Made by a program: the position numbers and the translations under genes. A stretch of DNA of 63,881 nt, filler included, from an uncultured Ignavibacteriales bacterium (GTDB lineage Bacteria > Zixibacteria > MSB-5A5 > GN15 > JAAZOE01): NCBI GenBank assembly GCA_964611355.1. It is 3 parts of 3 records of this genome, joined end to end, with 100 filler letters (N's around TTAATTAATTAA, not from the genome) between each part and the next. Parts side by side here need not be neighbours in the genome. Positions count along the whole stretch, not along the records: positions 46,539 to 63,881 come from CAZSYD010000049.1; 2 more parts are not named here. The stretch is one strand, 5' to 3'. This document shows positions 56,342 through 63,881 of the stretch, in pieces. Position 1 is the stretch's first letter; each line of letters opens with the position of its first letter. The notes beneath the pieces are model-generated. The model had not been told where the DNA came from. It did not search any database and saw only the letters and a program-made list of their open reading frames with translations.

Positions 56342-57298
56342 ATGGATGTCGTTTTTATGGGGACGCCGGAGTTTGCCTGTTCTCCCTTGGAGACTCTGGT
56401 CAGGTCCCGTCATAAAGTATTGGCGGTAGTAACCGGACCTGATAAACCGGCCGGTCGGGGGCGAAAACTAAAAGCCTGCCGGGCCAAACTGACAGCCGAA
56501 TTGCATTCGCTGCCAATTTATCAGCCGCAAAATCTACGGGATAATTCTTTTATTGAAAAGATGGCTGCTTTGAAGGCGGATGTCTTTGTCGTTATCGCGT
56601 TTAGAATTCTGCCTAAAGAGCTTTACTTGCTTCCGCGCAAGGGCGCCGTCAATATCCATGCTTCGCTTTTGCCGAAATATCGGGGCGCCGCACCGATTAA
56701 TCACGCCATCCTGAACGGGGAAACCGAAACCGGACTGACATCCTTTTTCCTGGCCAAAAAGATCGATCAGGGCAACATTATTCACCGGGTATCGACTCCA
56801 ATCGCCCCTGACGAAAACTTTACCTCTCTTTCGGTCCGTTTGTCGGAAATGGCGGGGCCGTTTCTTCTGGAAACTCTGGATTTGATCGACTGGCCCGATT
56901 TTACGCCAAAGCGGCAGGATGATTCCGCGGCGACTCCAGCGCCCAAGATTCGACCGGAAGATGGTCTGCTTGACTGGCGCATGGGAAAAGACCGGATACA
57001 TAACCATATCCGGGCTTTCTCGGAACGGCCGGGGGCGTATAGCTTTTTTAACGATCAGAAAATAAAGATTCTCGGTTCAAGTATGGGCCAATTGGCGGAT
57101 TTGTCGCCGCTCGAACCGGGGGAACTTTATGTTCATGGAAAACAGCTTTTCGTCGGCGCAGGCGACGGTCCCCTGAAGATCATCACCCTCCAGCCGGAAG
57201 GAAAAAGGGTGATGGATGCTCTTTCCTTTATCAACGGTTACCGGATTGCCAAGAATCAAAAGTTTAAAGATCGGCGAAAGGAGGTGATTACGGATTGA
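56342..57298 (+). CDS. fmt: Methionyl-tRNA formyltransferase
   Basis: FMGTPEFA, PDKPAGRG, NIHASLLPKYRGAAP; follows def. Confidence 0.95.
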   Translation: MDVVFMGTPEFACSPLETLVRSRHKVLAVVTGPDKPAGRGRKLKACRAKLTAELHSLPIYQPQNLRDNSFIEKMAALKADVFVVIAFRILPKELYLLPRKGAVNIHASLLPKYRGAAPINHAILNGETETGLTSFFLAKKIDQGNIIHRVSTPIAPDENFTSLSVRLSEMAGPFLLETLDLIDWPDFTPKRQDDSAATPAPKIRPEDGLLDWRMGKDRIHNHIRAFSERPGAYSFFNDQKIKILGSSMGQLADLSPLEPGELYVHGKQLFVGAGDGPLKIITLQPEGKRVMDALSFINGYRIAKNQKFKDRRKEVITD

Positions 57299-58830
57299 AG
57301 AAAGAGATACTAATAAATTCCAGCGAATACGAAACCCGCGCGGCGTTATTGGAGGACGGCCATCTTGTGGAGCTTCTGGTCAAAGCAGCCGATGAACGTC
57401 GGCTGGCCGGTAATATCTACAAGGGAAAAATTAAAACCGTGCTCCCGGGAATGGGAGCGGCGTTTGTTGACATCGGCATGGAAAAGGCGGCCTTTTTACA
57501 TTCATCCGATATCGGTAAGGAATCGGCCGACAGCCGATTTGAGGCCGATGAGGATGAAGAGGCACCGGCCGAGATCATCCGCAAAAAGCGGAGTGAAAAG
57601 ATTGAAAATGTGCTGAAAGACGACCAGGAGCTTTTGGTGCAAGTTATCAAGGAACCGATTTCGACCAAGGGGCCCAGGATATCAACCGAGGTATCTATCG
57701 CCGGCCGATACCTGGTTCTTGTGCCCGATGATCATCATATCCGGGTCTCGAAAAAGATAACCGACTGGGGCGAAAAGAAACGACTGCGAAATATCATCCG
57801 GGGGCTCAGGCCCGAAGGATTCGGGTTTATAATACGGACGGAAGGCGAAGGGCGCAACGAATCCGATTTCAAATCGGATGCCAGGAGGCTTCTTAAATAC
57901 TGGGACCAGATGAAAAAACGAGCCGACAGGCTTAAACCGCCGGCTTTGATTCATCAGGAGATGGGGATGGTTACCGGTTTGATCCGGGATATCTATTCCG
58001 ACGATGTCGAAAGCCTGGTTGTCGACAACCGCTCGGTTTATCGGGATGTGCTTTCCTTTGTACGTGAGATCGCTCCGGCCCTGAAAGGGCGAGTTAAGTA
58101 TTACCGCGAAGCAACCCCGATTTTTGACAATTACAACATCGAATCGGAAATTGAGAAAATGATGGATCGCCGCGTCTGGATAAAAAAGGGATCTTACCTG
58201 ATTATTGATCAGACCGAAGCGATGGTTACCATCGACGTCAATACCGGGCGTTATGTCGGCAAGAAAGACCAGGAATCGACTATTCTGAAAACCAATCTTG
58301 AAGCTGCCCGTGAAGTAGCGCGGCAGTTGCGCGTGCGTGATATCGGCGGCCTGATCATAATCGATTTCATCGATATGTATAGTCGAGTGAACCGGCGCCG
58401 TTTGTATGAGGAGTTCTGCCATTGGCTGGAGAATGATCGAGCCAAGAGGGCGGTCAGTCCCGTTTCCGATTTCGGCCTGATTGAAATGACTCGTGAACGT
58501 ATTCGACCGGCTCTTATGACGGCCCTTTCGGAGCCATGCCCGCATTGCAATGGACTGGGGCGGGTCTTGTCGAAACAGACTATGGCAACCAAGGTTGAAA
58601 GATGGTTTCAGCGCGCCAAAGCCCACGCAAAACATTCCAAATTCAACTTGATTGTCAACCCCGGCCTGGCCGAATTTATTACCAACGGGGAAGGAAATCG
58701 AGTGGCCAGGATGTCCAATATATACCGGTTTCATATAAACCTGGTGCGCGATACGACTATTTCGCTTCAGGAGTTTATGGTGACTGATATGGACACGAAC
58801 GAGGATCTGACCAAACAGCATGCCCGTTGA
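57295..58830 (+). CDS. Rne/Rng family ribonuclease (RNase G/E catalytic domain)
   Basis: GNIYKG..VLPGM.AAFVDIG, QVIKEPI..KG, IDVNTG, DIGGLIIIDFIDM, CPHC. Confidence 0.95.
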   Translation: MKKEILINSSEYETRAALLEDGHLVELLVKAADERRLAGNIYKGKIKTVLPGMGAAFVDIGMEKAAFLHSSDIGKESADSRFEADEDEEAPAEIIRKKRSEKIENVLKDDQELLVQVIKEPISTKGPRISTEVSIAGRYLVLVPDDHHIRVSKKITDWGEKKRLRNIIRGLRPEGFGFIIRTEGEGRNESDFKSDARRLLKYWDQMKKRADRLKPPALIHQEMGMVTGLIRDIYSDDVESLVVDNRSVYRDVLSFVREIAPALKGRVKYYREATPIFDNYNIESEIEKMMDRRVWIKKGSYLIIDQTEAMVTIDVNTGRYVGKKDQESTILKTNLEAAREVARQLRVRDIGGLIIIDFIDMYSRVNRRRLYEEFCHWLENDRAKRAVSPVSDFGLIEMTRERIRPALMTALSEPCPHCNGLGRVLSKQTMATKVERWFQRAKAHAKHSKFNLIVNPGLAEFITNGEGNRVARMSNIYRFHINLVRDTTISLQEFMVTDMDTNEDLTKQHAR

Positions 58831-58871
58831 AACCTTATTGCCGGACAAGTTATTCGGTCCGGGCAATAATT

Positions 58872-58899
58872 AAAGGGAAGTCGGATCGACTTCCCTTTT
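58872..58899. terminator. Intrinsic terminator between convergent genes
   Basis: AAAGGGAAGTCG/CGACTTCCCTTT 12-bp stem. Confidence 0.75.
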
Positions 58900-58943
58900 C
58901 TCGTTCGCATAATCGTTTAAGTTAGTTTTGTGGAGCTTGTCGC

Positions 58944-59861
58944 TTATCTCTCCATAACCAGCATTGTCCCGTCTCTGCCGCCCATGAAGATCTTTTTACT
59001 CGTAATAAATACCGTGTAGAGATCGATATTATAGCCGCAGTACTTGGCGTTTATGCGTTTACCGTCTTCGTAGAAAAAGATAACAACGCCGTCCTGACCG
59101 ACCGCCACGCCCGACGATTTGTCAAACATATCCACGGCAAAGAGGTCTTTGGTAATATCGAGTTCGATTTCTTCCCATATCTTGCCATGCGTGTTTGATT
59201 TTGCAAAATATCCTTTGCTGCCGACCATAAATCCCCAGTCTTCGATAAAGTCGAAATCAAACGCCAGCCGGTTGCCTTCATATTTTCCGTGAAAATAATT
59301 CATGCCTGCGTTAATCGAATGGCTGACTCTCTTTATGGCCAGAACATACGTCTTTTTCGGGCGGGTAACGGCGATATCGGCATAACCGTTGCCGTACCTG
59401 GGAGCTCTCTTCCACGATTTGCCGTAATTCCAACTGTGATACAGAACCCCTCGGGTTTTGGCCATGCTGTTCTGGTCGGTTCCGCAGACAAGCGCCGAAC
59501 TGTCATTCGCGATGCCTACGGCAGAAAACCTGTATTTTATATTCATCGAGATATCCTGCCAGGTAGCGCCCCTGTCGGTCGATTTCATTAAGAGACCGCG
59601 GTCGCCTGCCAGATACCCCCGCCTGCCCATAAATTCGATATCGTTTATTTTACGCGAGGTGACCTTTTTTATCTTCCAGGTCCTGCCGCCGTCCCAGGTC
59701 GATAACAGTTCGCCGTCCGAGGTTACCGCCCAGCCATAGGCGGGATTGTCGAAATAGATTTCGTTGATATCGGCTTTGGTGGGCAGATCGATTTTTTGGA
59801 ATTCGGAACCACAAGTAATAGAAGTTAAATATACCGTCAGGATTAAAAGCATGTATTTCAT
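58944..59861 (-). CDS. YCF48/BNR(Asp-box)-repeat beta-propeller protein, possibly a lipoprotein
   Basis: Repeated ST.D.G.TW motifs; hydrophobic N-terminus ending in ITC; start moved to ATG 59861. Confidence 0.75.
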   Translation of the reverse strand: MKYMLLILTVYLTSITCGSEFQKIDLPTKADINEIYFDNPAYGWAVTSDGELLSTWDGGRTWKIKKVTSRKINDIEFMGRRGYLAGDRGLLMKSTDRGATWQDISMNIKYRFSAVGIANDSSALVCGTDQNSMAKTRGVLYHSWNYGKSWKRAPRYGNGYADIAVTRPKKTYVLAIKRVSHSINAGMNYFHGKYEGNRLAFDFDFIEDWGFMVGSKGYFAKSNTHGKIWEEIELDITKDLFAVDMFDKSSGVAVGQDGVVIFFYEDGKRINAKYCGYNIDLYTVFITSKKIFMGGRDGTMLVMER

Positions 59862-60073
59862 CGTATCCCCATTTTCATCTTGAAATTCAACCGCGGCTCT
59901 ATTAACATCATCCTGTAATCTACAATCAGGAGCCTGAAGTGTCAATTATCTATTACATTCGATTCCGGCCTTCCGCCGCAAAACAGACCGGGAAATCGAA
60001 ACTTATACGGATAAGATCGACCTGTGACCCAAATCCGGTAGCAATAACCGTAAATTCAGGCGGGAGGGCGTAA

Positions 60074-60727
60074 TTGATTCGGTTTAAGGATGTCGGCTTC
60101 TCCTACGGCAACCAGAAGATATTTTCAAATCTGACTTTTCACCTTGAACGGTCAGGATATATGGTCATATCCGGTCCGGCCCGATCGGGCAAGACCACGC
60201 TGGTGCAAATGATTACCGGTATAGCGTTACCGGACGCAGGAGATATTATGATTGACGGTGAATACATTGAAGATATCGCCGGGTCGAATACAAAGCTACT
60301 TCACCTCCGCCGTAAAATCGGCGGCGTTGGCGGTGTTTATTCTCTTCTTGGCGACAGGACGGTTCTGGGAAATATCGCTCTCTCGGCGGAGATTGCCGGT
60401 TTTCCAGCCAGGGCGGCGCGAAAAAAAGCGCTCGAGGCCTGCGGTAAATACCGCCTTATTCATATCGCCGGACACTATTCTGGAATGATATCCGAGGTGG
60501 AGCGGCGGATGGCGCAGATTGCGCGGGCCGAAGCGGCTCGCAAAAACCTGATTGTGGCCGACTCGCCAACCGACGGCTTGGATCCCAAATCAGCCCGCTT
60601 TATCAATGAGCGTCTGGCCTCGCTGCATCTGGCCGGCGTGACAATACTTTATCTGACAACGGGATCGGGGCCGGAAACCGGGCCGGATGAATATCTCAGG
60701 TTTCAGGATGGGAGGCTGGTAAAATGA
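60074..60727 (+). CDS. ftsE: FtsE-like ABC ATPase subunit with degenerate motifs
   Basis: Walker A GPARSGKT; LRRKIG; directly upstream of ftsX and envC. Confidence 0.75.
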   Translation: MIRFKDVGFSYGNQKIFSNLTFHLERSGYMVISGPARSGKTTLVQMITGIALPDAGDIMIDGEYIEDIAGSNTKLLHLRRKIGGVGGVYSLLGDRTVLGNIALSAEIAGFPARAARKKALEACGKYRLIHIAGHYSGMISEVERRMAQIARAEAARKNLIVADSPTDGLDPKSARFINERLASLHLAGVTILYLTTGSGPETGPDEYLRFQDGRLVK

Positions 60728-61578
60728 TTCGTCCGGGGCGTTTTTTCAGGCAGATCGGTCGCCATATTATGCGCGAGAAAAGGGTTTCTCTTGGTTCATT
60801 CCTGGTGTTGGCAATAGTCTTGATTTTGATCGATATTTTCTGGATAGCGTCAATTAACATAACGCGCCAGTATGACGAGATTCTGAAAAAAGTAAAAATG
60901 GAATTGTTTCTATCCAAAGCGTTACCGGATAGTCTCGTGCCGGTTCTGAAAAGCAGCCTCCTTTCACTTGAAACAGTAGATTCGATAAGTTTTATTTCTA
61001 AAGAAATGGCGGCCCGCATACTGGAAAATGATCTTGGACCGGGGATTCTGGACGAACTCGAGGATAATCCTCTGCCCCGGTCATTTACTCTTCATTTCAA
61101 TCGTCCACTCAGTTTGAACGAGCTTGATACACTGCAGAGCCGACTTGTGAAAATGGAAGGGGTGGAGGCGGTTGAATTCGGCCGGCCATGGATGGAAAAA
61201 GTAGAAAACTTTGGCCGCACTCTGCGCATAATCGGCTATGCGGCCGGAGCGTTGATTCTGTTCGTTGTTCTTTTAACTATGGCCAACACCAACCGTCTGA
61301 CCGCCCGCAGTAAATCGCAGGATTTTTTCCAGTTGAAGCTTCTCGGGGCCGGCCCGTCGTACCTGGTTTATCCTTTCCTGGCAGAGGGGTTTCTTTCGGC
61401 TTTTATTGCCGCTGCTCTGGGCTGGGCGTTTGTCATTTATGTTGCCGACAAGGTGACGTTTGCGGATTTCGTATTGACATTACCGGGACTCGATAACATT
61501 CTCATATACGGTCTGCTGGCCGGCTTGACCGGAACGGCCGGAGCATACCTTGGTATTAGAAGATTTATAATCTCATGA
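60724..61578 (+). CDS. ftsX: Cell division permease FtsX
   Basis: 4 TM segments; FISKE.A, NPLP.SF, KLLGA, PFL.EG. Confidence 0.88.
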   Translation: MIRPGRFFRQIGRHIMREKRVSLGSFLVLAIVLILIDIFWIASINITRQYDEILKKVKMELFLSKALPDSLVPVLKSSLLSLETVDSISFISKEMAARILENDLGPGILDELEDNPLPRSFTLHFNRPLSLNELDTLQSRLVKMEGVEAVEFGRPWMEKVENFGRTLRIIGYAAGALILFVVLLTMANTNRLTARSKSQDFFQLKLLGAGPSYLVYPFLAEGFLSAFIAAALGWAFVIYVADKVTFADFVLTLPGLDNILIYGLLAGLTGTAGAYLGIRRFIIS

Positions 61579-62750
61579 TGCGCATATTTTCTGTCATAAC
61601 CTTTGTGACTGCGATTTTGTTTCTCAGCGGGATCGCTTCCGGCGACGATAGTCGAAAATTGCGGGAAAACAAACAGGAACTTCACAGCATAAAAACGCAA
61701 CTCGAAGAAGCACGGCAAAAGGTGGACAGCCTCAAACAACTGGAAAAGAATCTGCAAAAAGGAATCGCCAAATATGGTGAACGCGTAAGCCGTAATCGCA
61801 AGCTGGTCGGCAGAATGGAGAGCGAGCTTGAATCGGTGAGGGCCGAACTCTCAAATAACGGCCGGCTGCTCGACGATACCGCCGAACGCCTCCAAAGAAA
61901 ACGAGCTGCTTGTGCCGATCTTCTGCTTGATTATTACCGAAAACGAAATTCGCGTGAAGATATTAACCCCTGGAATTTTGACAGCCATCTGTCCCGGAGC
62001 AGAAGAGTTCATTACCTGTCTGCGATCTCCGGCCGGACTACGCACGAAATCGTTCAGGTCGGTAATTCAGTCAGTCTCCTGACGCAATCCATCGACAGCC
62101 TTGAGCGCGAAGGAAGCGACCTGAAACGTCTTCGCAAAGAGAAAAAGGCTCGGATCGACCTTGACCTGACACTCAGGGACAAAGAGGAGACCAGCCTCGG
62201 TACCGTTCGCCGCCAGACCAACCTTATGCGGGACCGGTTGGTTTCGTTGTCCGCGGTGGCCCGCCAGATGGAAGAGATTATCGCTGAACTGGAGAAAGCC
62301 CAGAGGCAAAGGCGCAAAACGGAAGGGCCGAGGCCGCGGTTTCATTCCGGCCCTTTTACTCAGTTTAAGGGGACGCTGACCCCGCCGATTCAGGGAAAAA
62401 TAGTCAAATCATTCGGGTGGAAAACCGACAGAATCACCGGTCTCAAGTCATTCTCGCCCGGTATCGATATAAATCCGCTCAAAGATCGACAATACATTGT
62501 CGCCTGCGCTCCCGGCCGGGTTGCCTACGTCGGTAGTCTGCGCGGGTATGAAAGCTTTGTTATTCTCGAACACGATGACGGATATTACACCACTTACGCC
62601 GGATTGTCGCACGGTATCGTCGAACAGGATGATTTGATTAATGCGGGAGAGCGGCTTGGCCTCAGGGGAAGCGGCAACATTCATTTTGAACTTCGCAGGG
62701 GAAGAGAGCATCTTGACCCGGTAATCTGGCTGGATATCGATGAATTTTAA
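61575..62750 (+). CDS. envC: EnvC-like murein hydrolase activator (coiled coil plus degenerate M23 domain)
   Basis: Signal peptide, long coiled coil, KG.L..P..G, GIDI, YAGL, HFELR. Confidence 0.82.
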   Translation: MMRIFSVITFVTAILFLSGIASGDDSRKLRENKQELHSIKTQLEEARQKVDSLKQLEKNLQKGIAKYGERVSRNRKLVGRMESELESVRAELSNNGRLLDDTAERLQRKRAACADLLLDYYRKRNSREDINPWNFDSHLSRSRRVHYLSAISGRTTHEIVQVGNSVSLLTQSIDSLEREGSDLKRLRKEKKARIDLDLTLRDKEETSLGTVRRQTNLMRDRLVSLSAVARQMEEIIAELEKAQRQRRKTEGPRPRFHSGPFTQFKGTLTPPIQGKIVKSFGWKTDRITGLKSFSPGIDINPLKDRQYIVACAPGRVAYVGSLRGYESFVILEHDDGYYTTYAGLSHGIVEQDDLINAGERLGLRGSGNIHFELRRGREHLDPVIWLDIDEF

Positions 62751-63834
62751 ATCACTGGTCGGACAGGAAAACGCCAAAAAAATACTGGTTCAGACGGTTG
62801 ATCGAGATCACCTGCCTAACAGCTTCCTGTTTTTCGGGCCTGAAGGGGTCGGCAAATGGGCTGCGGCGCTGGCCCTGACCGCTTATCTTAATTGCCGCGA
62901 CCGTACTAATGGAGATAGCTGCGGAAAATGCCCGCCCTGTCGTCAGATACAAAAGCTGCAATTTCCGAACCTGCATATCGCCGTTCCCACGCCGCCATCA
63001 AAATCGGAAAAGGAAGAAAGTGAAAATTACTGGGAAATCCTGAATGCCAAAATCGCCGAACCTTATTCGCTGATCGGCGGTAAACGGCAGATGTCCATAC
63101 CGGTAGCCGCTGTTCGCCACATGAAGCGAAGCCTCAGCCAGAAACCGCCAGTGGATGGAAAACGGGTGGTTATAATCGAACAGATGGATCGAATGTTGAC
63201 CGCCTCGGCCGACGCTTTGCTCAAGCTGATCGAGGAACCGCCGTCTCGCACCGTGATAATTATCACCAGTTCCAGGCCGGAAAAGATTTTACCGACAATT
63301 ATATCCCGTTGTCGCCGGATTCGTTTTTCCCATCTGAACGAAGCGTCAATCAGGAGCTATTTGACGGATCGAGCCGATATGGGCGAAAAAAAATCCGCAC
63401 TGCTGGCGCGGCTGTCCGGCGGTTCGCTCGGCAGGGCGCTTTACATGGCCGAAGACGAAAACCTGCAGGATCGTGAAATCGCCAAATTGGTTTTCAAGGG
63501 GATATTTCAGGCCGATGCCGCTGAGGTCATTGCCGAGGCGTCCGACCTTTTGCCGCTGAATGATCGGTTTCGCCTGAACCGTGTCATTTCTCAGTGGCAG
63601 ACACTCTTTCGCGATTTAATGCTTCTGCAATCCGGCGCCGACGCGGAAAAGGTGATTAATATCGATTTCGCTTCCGAGTTGGAAAGACTGGCCGGGCGAA
63701 ACATGAAACGGGAAGCCCTCGTCAAAATCCCCGCTCAACTTGGCGCGGTTATCGAAGATATCGACCTCAACGTCGAACCCAGCACTGCTATAGGCGCAGC
63801 GTTGATTGATATTCAAAAGAAGCTCGCGGTTTGA
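62740..63834 (+). CDS. holB: DNA polymerase III delta' subunit
   Basis: GPEGVGK, C...CG.C..C zinc module, LLKLIEEPP, LPTIISRC. Confidence 0.88.
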   Translation: MNFKSLVGQENAKKILVQTVDRDHLPNSFLFFGPEGVGKWAAALALTAYLNCRDRTNGDSCGKCPPCRQIQKLQFPNLHIAVPTPPSKSEKEESENYWEILNAKIAEPYSLIGGKRQMSIPVAAVRHMKRSLSQKPPVDGKRVVIIEQMDRMLTASADALLKLIEEPPSRTVIIITSSRPEKILPTIISRCRRIRFSHLNEASIRSYLTDRADMGEKKSALLARLSGGSLGRALYMAEDENLQDREIAKLVFKGIFQADAAEVIAEASDLLPLNDRFRLNRVISQWQTLFRDLMLLQSGADAEKVINIDFASELERLAGRNMKREALVKIPAQLGAVIEDIDLNVEPSTAIGAALIDIQKKLAV

Positions 63835-63881
63835 CTATCATTATCCTGCTTCGATTGACAGGCAATATCATTTATTGACAG

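Noticed and set aside
57682..58866. 394-aa minus-strand ORF
   Set aside because: Antisense shadow of the Rne/Rng gene.
61575..62750. Loss of zinc ligands in the M23 domain as a novelty
   Set aside because: A degenerate M23 site is the normal state for EnvC.

Overview
Bacterial genomic DNA, most likely a metagenome-assembled genome of candidate division Zixibacteria or a related FCB-group lineage. This is inferred from a dockerin-tailed S8 protease, a Por/T9SS-type C-terminal sorting domain and a TPR-sigma54 activator. The window is not continuous. Two 100-nt N spacers containing the artificial all-frame-stop linker TTAATTAATTAA (23426-23525, 46439-46538) join three independent scaffolds, and a plain 100-N gap (34206-34305) lies inside a pilus gene. 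Scaffold 1 carries PMM/PGM, a tandem-receiver protein, RidA, an MFS transporter, class I aldolase, an 11-subunit complex I operon (nuoABCDHIJKLMN, no nuoEFG), ion/phosphate transport genes and a GT-C/GT2 pair. It ends at a probable IS terminus. Scaffold 2 carries an FG-GAP/T9SS-tail protein bracketed by a 42-bp repeat, mtnA-yjbQ-acyl-CoA ligase, a type IV pilus locus (pilin, pilMNO, AMIN-PilP, pilQ, Ig-like lipoprotein), an S8 protease, ogt, an S41 protease and a small degraded accessory island. Scaffold 3 carries a secreted small protein plus TPR-sigma54 activator module, then rsgA, mlaD, GH57, Fe-ADH, yajC-def-fmt-rne/rng, a YCF48-like protein and ftsEX-envC-holB. The best candidate for an undescribed system is the compact module at about 46540-49650: sigma70 promoter, leader hairpin, signal-peptide microprotein, TPR-bEBP, a TTACGC enhancer-like cluster and a sigma54-like promoter. 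Its layout resembles RRNPP peptide quorum sensing, but with a sigma54 output in a diderm bacterium. No rRNA, tRNA or CRISPR array was recognised. All calls come from reading the sequence and motifs by eye; no searches were run.
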